From: Candidatus Aegiribacteria sp.
Lineage (GTDB): Bacteria; Fermentibacterota; Fermentibacteria; Fermentibacterales; JCC-6
Assembly: GCA_046498225.1 (NCBI GenBank)
Contig: JAWOBF010000058.1
Location: forward strand, 1-50,003
Length of the DNA: 50,003 nt
Direction of reading: 5' to 3'
Below, piece by piece: positions 47,111 to 50,003 of the stretch; position 1 is the first letter of the stretch; every line of letters starts with the position of its first letter. The notes beneath the pieces are model-generated. The model worked only from the letters and a program-made list of their open reading frames with translations, made no database searches and was not told the DNA's origin. Position numbers and translations under genes: made by a program.

Positions 47111-48398
47111 CTCCACCGGAAAGCTGTTCGTACTGGCCGGTCCCTCGGGAGCCGGCAAGACCACACTGGCCCATCACCTGGTGGATACCTTCGAGGAGGC
47201 CGTATTTTCTGTCTCCGCCACCACCCGGTGCTCCAGGGGATCCGAACGGAACGGCGTTGACTACTTCTTCATGACGGAGGAGGAGTTCCGGGCGGAGCTG
47301 GCGGCGGGGCATTTCCTGGAGCATGCGGAAGTGCACGGACATCTCTACGGGACCCGCAGACAATGGGTGGCTGACCAGCTGCATGCCGGACGCAGCGTCA
47401 TCCTGGACATAGACGTCCAGGGGGCTCTTCAGGTGAAGGAAGCCTTCCCCTGGTCGGTGCTGATATTCATCCTTCCGCCCGACCCGGAAGTTCTCGCCGG
47501 CAGGCTCAAAACCAGGAATACAGACGACCCGGAAACGGTGGCATCCAGAATGGCTGCCGCGGCCCGGGAGACAGGGTGGATAGGCTCTTTCGATTACTTC
47601 GTCAGAAACGATGAGCTGGAAACCTCCATGAAGCGGGTGGAATCCATATACAGCAGCCGGCTCCTGGAGCTGGACGGCATGGCCTTCCCTCCCGAAGCCA
47701 TGAAACTCTCCCCGGAAAGGTTCAGGGGACTGGAGTTCTGGAAGGGAAGAAGGGTCATAGTCACTTCCGGGCCCACAAGGGAACCGGTGGATGACGTCCG
47801 CTTCCTCTCCAACCGCTCCAGCGGGCTGATGGGCAGGAGCCTGGCGCAGGCCTTCAGGGACGCAGGCGCGGATGTGCTCTGCGTAAGCGGTCCCGCCTGC
47901 TTTCCTCCCCCCCCGGGTGTTGAAACTGTTATGGTGGGGTCGGCGGATGAGATGCTGCTGGCACTCGACGGAAGGATAGGGAAAGCTGAACTGCTGGTCA
48001 TGGCCGCGGCAGTGGCGGATTTCGCTCCATCCTCCAGGTTCCCGGGAAAGATGGAACGGAATGCCCCGCTTGACCTGAAGCTGAACCCCACCCCCGATAT
48101 ACTGGGAACACTGAGGGGGACTTCCCCGGGCATGTGCCCCGTTCTGGCGTTCGCCCTGGAGTTCGGCCCCGGAGGGAGGGAACGCGCCATGAGGAAACTG
48201 AAGAGGAAGGGTGCTGCCGCTATCTTCCTCAACCCCGGTGACAGGGAAGGGTACGGCATGGAGGGCCCGGCCAACCTGGGGGAACTGCTGTTCGCCGACG
48301 GGAGCAGCTTGAGCGTGGAACCTGCCTCGAAAAGGTATATTGCCCACATCCTGGCCGCCGCAATGGGCGAATATCTGGCAGGGAACGGTGAAGAATGA
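47100..48398 (+). CDS. gmk: Fusion of guanylate kinase and phosphopantothenate--cysteine ligase (CoaB domain only)
   Basis: N-half GPSGAGKT, SVSATTR, NGVDYFF, HLYGT, LDIDVQGA; C-half TSGPTREPVDDVRFLSNRSSGLMG, MAAAVADF, PDIL, AFALE. Confidence 0.9.
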   Translation: MSSSSTGKLFVLAGPSGAGKTTLAHHLVDTFEEAVFSVSATTRCSRGSERNGVDYFFMTEEEFRAELAAGHFLEHAEVHGHLYGTRRQWVADQLHAGRSVILDIDVQGALQVKEAFPWSVLIFILPPDPEVLAGRLKTRNTDDPETVASRMAAAARETGWIGSFDYFVRNDELETSMKRVESIYSSRLLELDGMAFPPEAMKLSPERFRGLEFWKGRRVIVTSGPTREPVDDVRFLSNRSSGLMGRSLAQAFRDAGADVLCVSGPACFPPPPGVETVMVGSADEMLLALDGRIGKAELLVMAAAVADFAPSSRFPGKMERNAPLDLKLNPTPDILGTLRGTSPGMCPVLAFALEFGPGGRERAMRKLKRKGAAAIFLNPGDREGYGMEGPANLGELLFADGSSLSVEPASKRYIAHILAAAMGEYLAGNGEE

Positions 48399-49141
48399 GT
48401 GAGCGGAAGAAGAGAGAACACGCCGGAGGCAGGTCCGACCCGCTGTGGAACTCCGTGGCCAGTTTCGGCCTGGACGACCTTTTCGTGCTGCCTGAATGGA
48501 TCGAGGAACTGAAGGGGGCAGGCGGAGATGAAGTTCCCTCCACCGGGTCCCGGAGCATTCATGACGAGCTGAAGGCCCTGGAGACCCGGGTGGGCGACTG
48601 CCGCGGTTGCAGGCTTTGTCAGGAGAGGAACTCCATCGTTTTCGGTGACGGCAGCCCTTCGTCCGGAATACTGTTCGTCGGCGAGGCGCCGGGTGCGAAC
48701 GAGGACAAGCAGGGAAAACCCTTCGTGGGAAGGGCCGGCCAGCTTCTGGACAGAATACTGGCGGCCATAGATCTGGACAGGGAGAAGGTGTACATAACCA
48801 ATATCGTCAAGTGCAGGCCGCCGGGCAACAGGACTCCCTCCAGGGATGAGGCCGCGGCATGCTGGTGGATACTGGAGGAACAGATAAGAATCATGGAACC
48901 GGGTGTGATAGTGTCTCTGGGAGCCCCGGCAAGCAGGACAATGACCGGAAGCGACGAGGGTATCGGAAAGCTCCGGGGGGCCATTCATCGTTACGGTGAC
49001 GTTCCGGTGCTTCCCACCTATCATCCCGCGGCGCTGCTGAGAACAGCGGCGCTCAAGAGACCGGTATGGGAGGACATGAAGAAACTGAAAGCGCTGCTGG
49101 ACCGGCTGGGTCTTCCCGGGACCGGAGGGAACGGACCATGA
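48395..49141 (+). CDS. Family 4 uracil-DNA glycosylase (4Fe-4S)
   Basis: CRGC, VGEAPG.NED..G.PFVGRAG, NIVKCRPP, TYHPAALLR. Confidence 0.95.
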   Translation: MSERKKREHAGGRSDPLWNSVASFGLDDLFVLPEWIEELKGAGGDEVPSTGSRSIHDELKALETRVGDCRGCRLCQERNSIVFGDGSPSSGILFVGEAPGANEDKQGKPFVGRAGQLLDRILAAIDLDREKVYITNIVKCRPPGNRTPSRDEAAACWWILEEQIRIMEPGVIVSLGAPASRTMTGSDEGIGKLRGAIHRYGDVPVLPTYHPAALLRTAALKRPVWEDMKKLKALLDRLGLPGTGGNGP

Positions 49142-50003
49142 CCGACTCCAGGGGTCACAGACCACCCCACAGCCCCGACGCCGAAAAGAGCGTTCTGGGA
49201 GCCATGCTGCTGGACCAGGAACTGGCGGTGGAATCCCTGGATGCCCTGAACACGCCGGATTTCTTCGACAGGAAACACCGGATGATATTCCAGGCCTGCA
49301 GGGAGCTGGATTCAAGGAACAGCGTCATCGACATGGTTACCGTGAGCGAGGAACTTTCAAGGAAGAAGGAGCTGGAGGAGGCCGGCGGCATCGATTACCT
49401 GGCCTCGCTTACCGATGATATCCCGCTGTTGTCCAACGTGCTGGAGTACGTGCGGATAATCAGGAACAAGGCTATGCTCAGGCAGCTCCTCAAGGTGAGC
49501 AGGGAGAACATAAACGAGGTCCTGGAAGGGACCGATGACGTGCAGAAGATCCTGGATACCGCGGCAAGCAAGATAATGGCCATCACGGAATCCAGCAACA
49601 CAGGTGAGTTCAAGCCCATTTCCCAGCTGGTCTCCAGGGCCATCGAGGAACTGGAGAAGCTGAGGAACACCAAGGGGTTCGTCACCGGTCTTCCCACCGG
49701 TTTCACCGCTCTGGACAAGATGACCACCGGCTTCCATCCGGGAGAGCTGATAATACTCGCGGCCAGGCCGGGTGTGGGAAAGACCAGCATGGCTCTCAAC
49801 ATGGCGGCCCACATTGCCCGGGAGACCGACAGGGCGGTAGCCATATTCAGTCTGGAGATGTCCAGCAGCAAGCTCACCGAGAGAATGCTGTGCGCCGACG
49901 CCCATATAGGGACCAAGCCCATCATAGAGGGTACCCTGGCCCAGCAGTACATGTACGACCTTCAGGAAGCCGCCGACAGACTGCAGAGGATGAGGATATA
50001 CAT
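49138..50003 (+). CDS. dnaB: Replicative DNA helicase, 3' truncated by the window
   Basis: ATG overlaps the udg stop; PPHSPDAEKSVLGAML, TGLPTGF..LD, LIILAARPGVGKT, FSLEMS. Not in the ORF track. Confidence 0.96.
   Translation, partial: MTDSRGHRPPHSPDAEKSVLGAMLLDQELAVESLDALNTPDFFDRKHRMIFQACRELDSRNSVIDMVTVSEELSRKKELEEAGGIDYLASLTDDIPLLSNVLEYVRIIRNKAMLRQLLKVSRENINEVLEGTDDVQKILDTAASKIMAITESSNTGEFKPISQLVSRAIEELEKLRNTKGFVTGLPTGFTALDKMTTGFHPGELIILAARPGVGKTSMALNMAAHIARETDRAVAIFSLEMSSSKLTERMLCADAHIGTKPIIEGTLAQQYMYDLQEAADRLQRMRIY

Noticed and set aside
486..49952. Many long antisense or alternate-frame ORFs (e.g. 486-1718 -, 1815-2960 +, 20678-21694 -, 38716-40170 -, 47594-49315 -)
   Set aside because: They are shadows of well-supported genes, expected with GC-rich codon bias, and carry no recognisable motifs.
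38701..50003. Inteins in NrdJ or DnaB
   Set aside because: The NPCGEQ and GVGKT insertion sites are uninterrupted in the visible sequence.

Overview
GC-rich bacterial chromosomal segment, densely coding and mostly housekeeping or envelope genes. The 6-bladed beta-propeller lipoprotein, T9SS/FlgD-type C-terminal domain, archaeal-type ProRS and yicC-gmk-coaB-udg-dnaB order suggest an FCB-related lineage such as Ca. Fermentibacterota (inference only). Gene order: cyclophilin (partial), Rho_N/SAP-like Cys protein, zinc-ribbon membrane protein, orphan PAS/GAF histidine kinase, beta-propeller lipoprotein, two RND permeases plus MFP, trkA/trkH, S9 peptidase, proS, probable 6S RNA, PAP2/Aur1-like protein, panB-purD-purE-tsaC, methyltransferase, secreted protein, an 11-gene ECF-sigma-headed envelope glycosylation operon, nrdJ with NrdR boxes, PC4, tex, cdd, cNMP-binding protein, rqcH, yicC, gmk-coaB fusion, udg, dnaB (partial). 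Most notable: (1) a 157-bp MITE with perfect 26-bp TIRs and a 5-bp target duplication that supplies the stop codons of both flanking convergent genes, plus a degenerate second end 8.6 kb away; (2) a flippase-like/radical SAM fusion ending the glycosylation operon; (3) a Gmk-CoaB fusion with rpoZ and coaC missing; (4) an apparently split anti-sigma factor; (5) a 6S-like ncRNA hidden under spurious ORFs. No tRNA, rRNA, CRISPR array or transposase was seen. All calls come from reading motifs by eye; no database searches were run.
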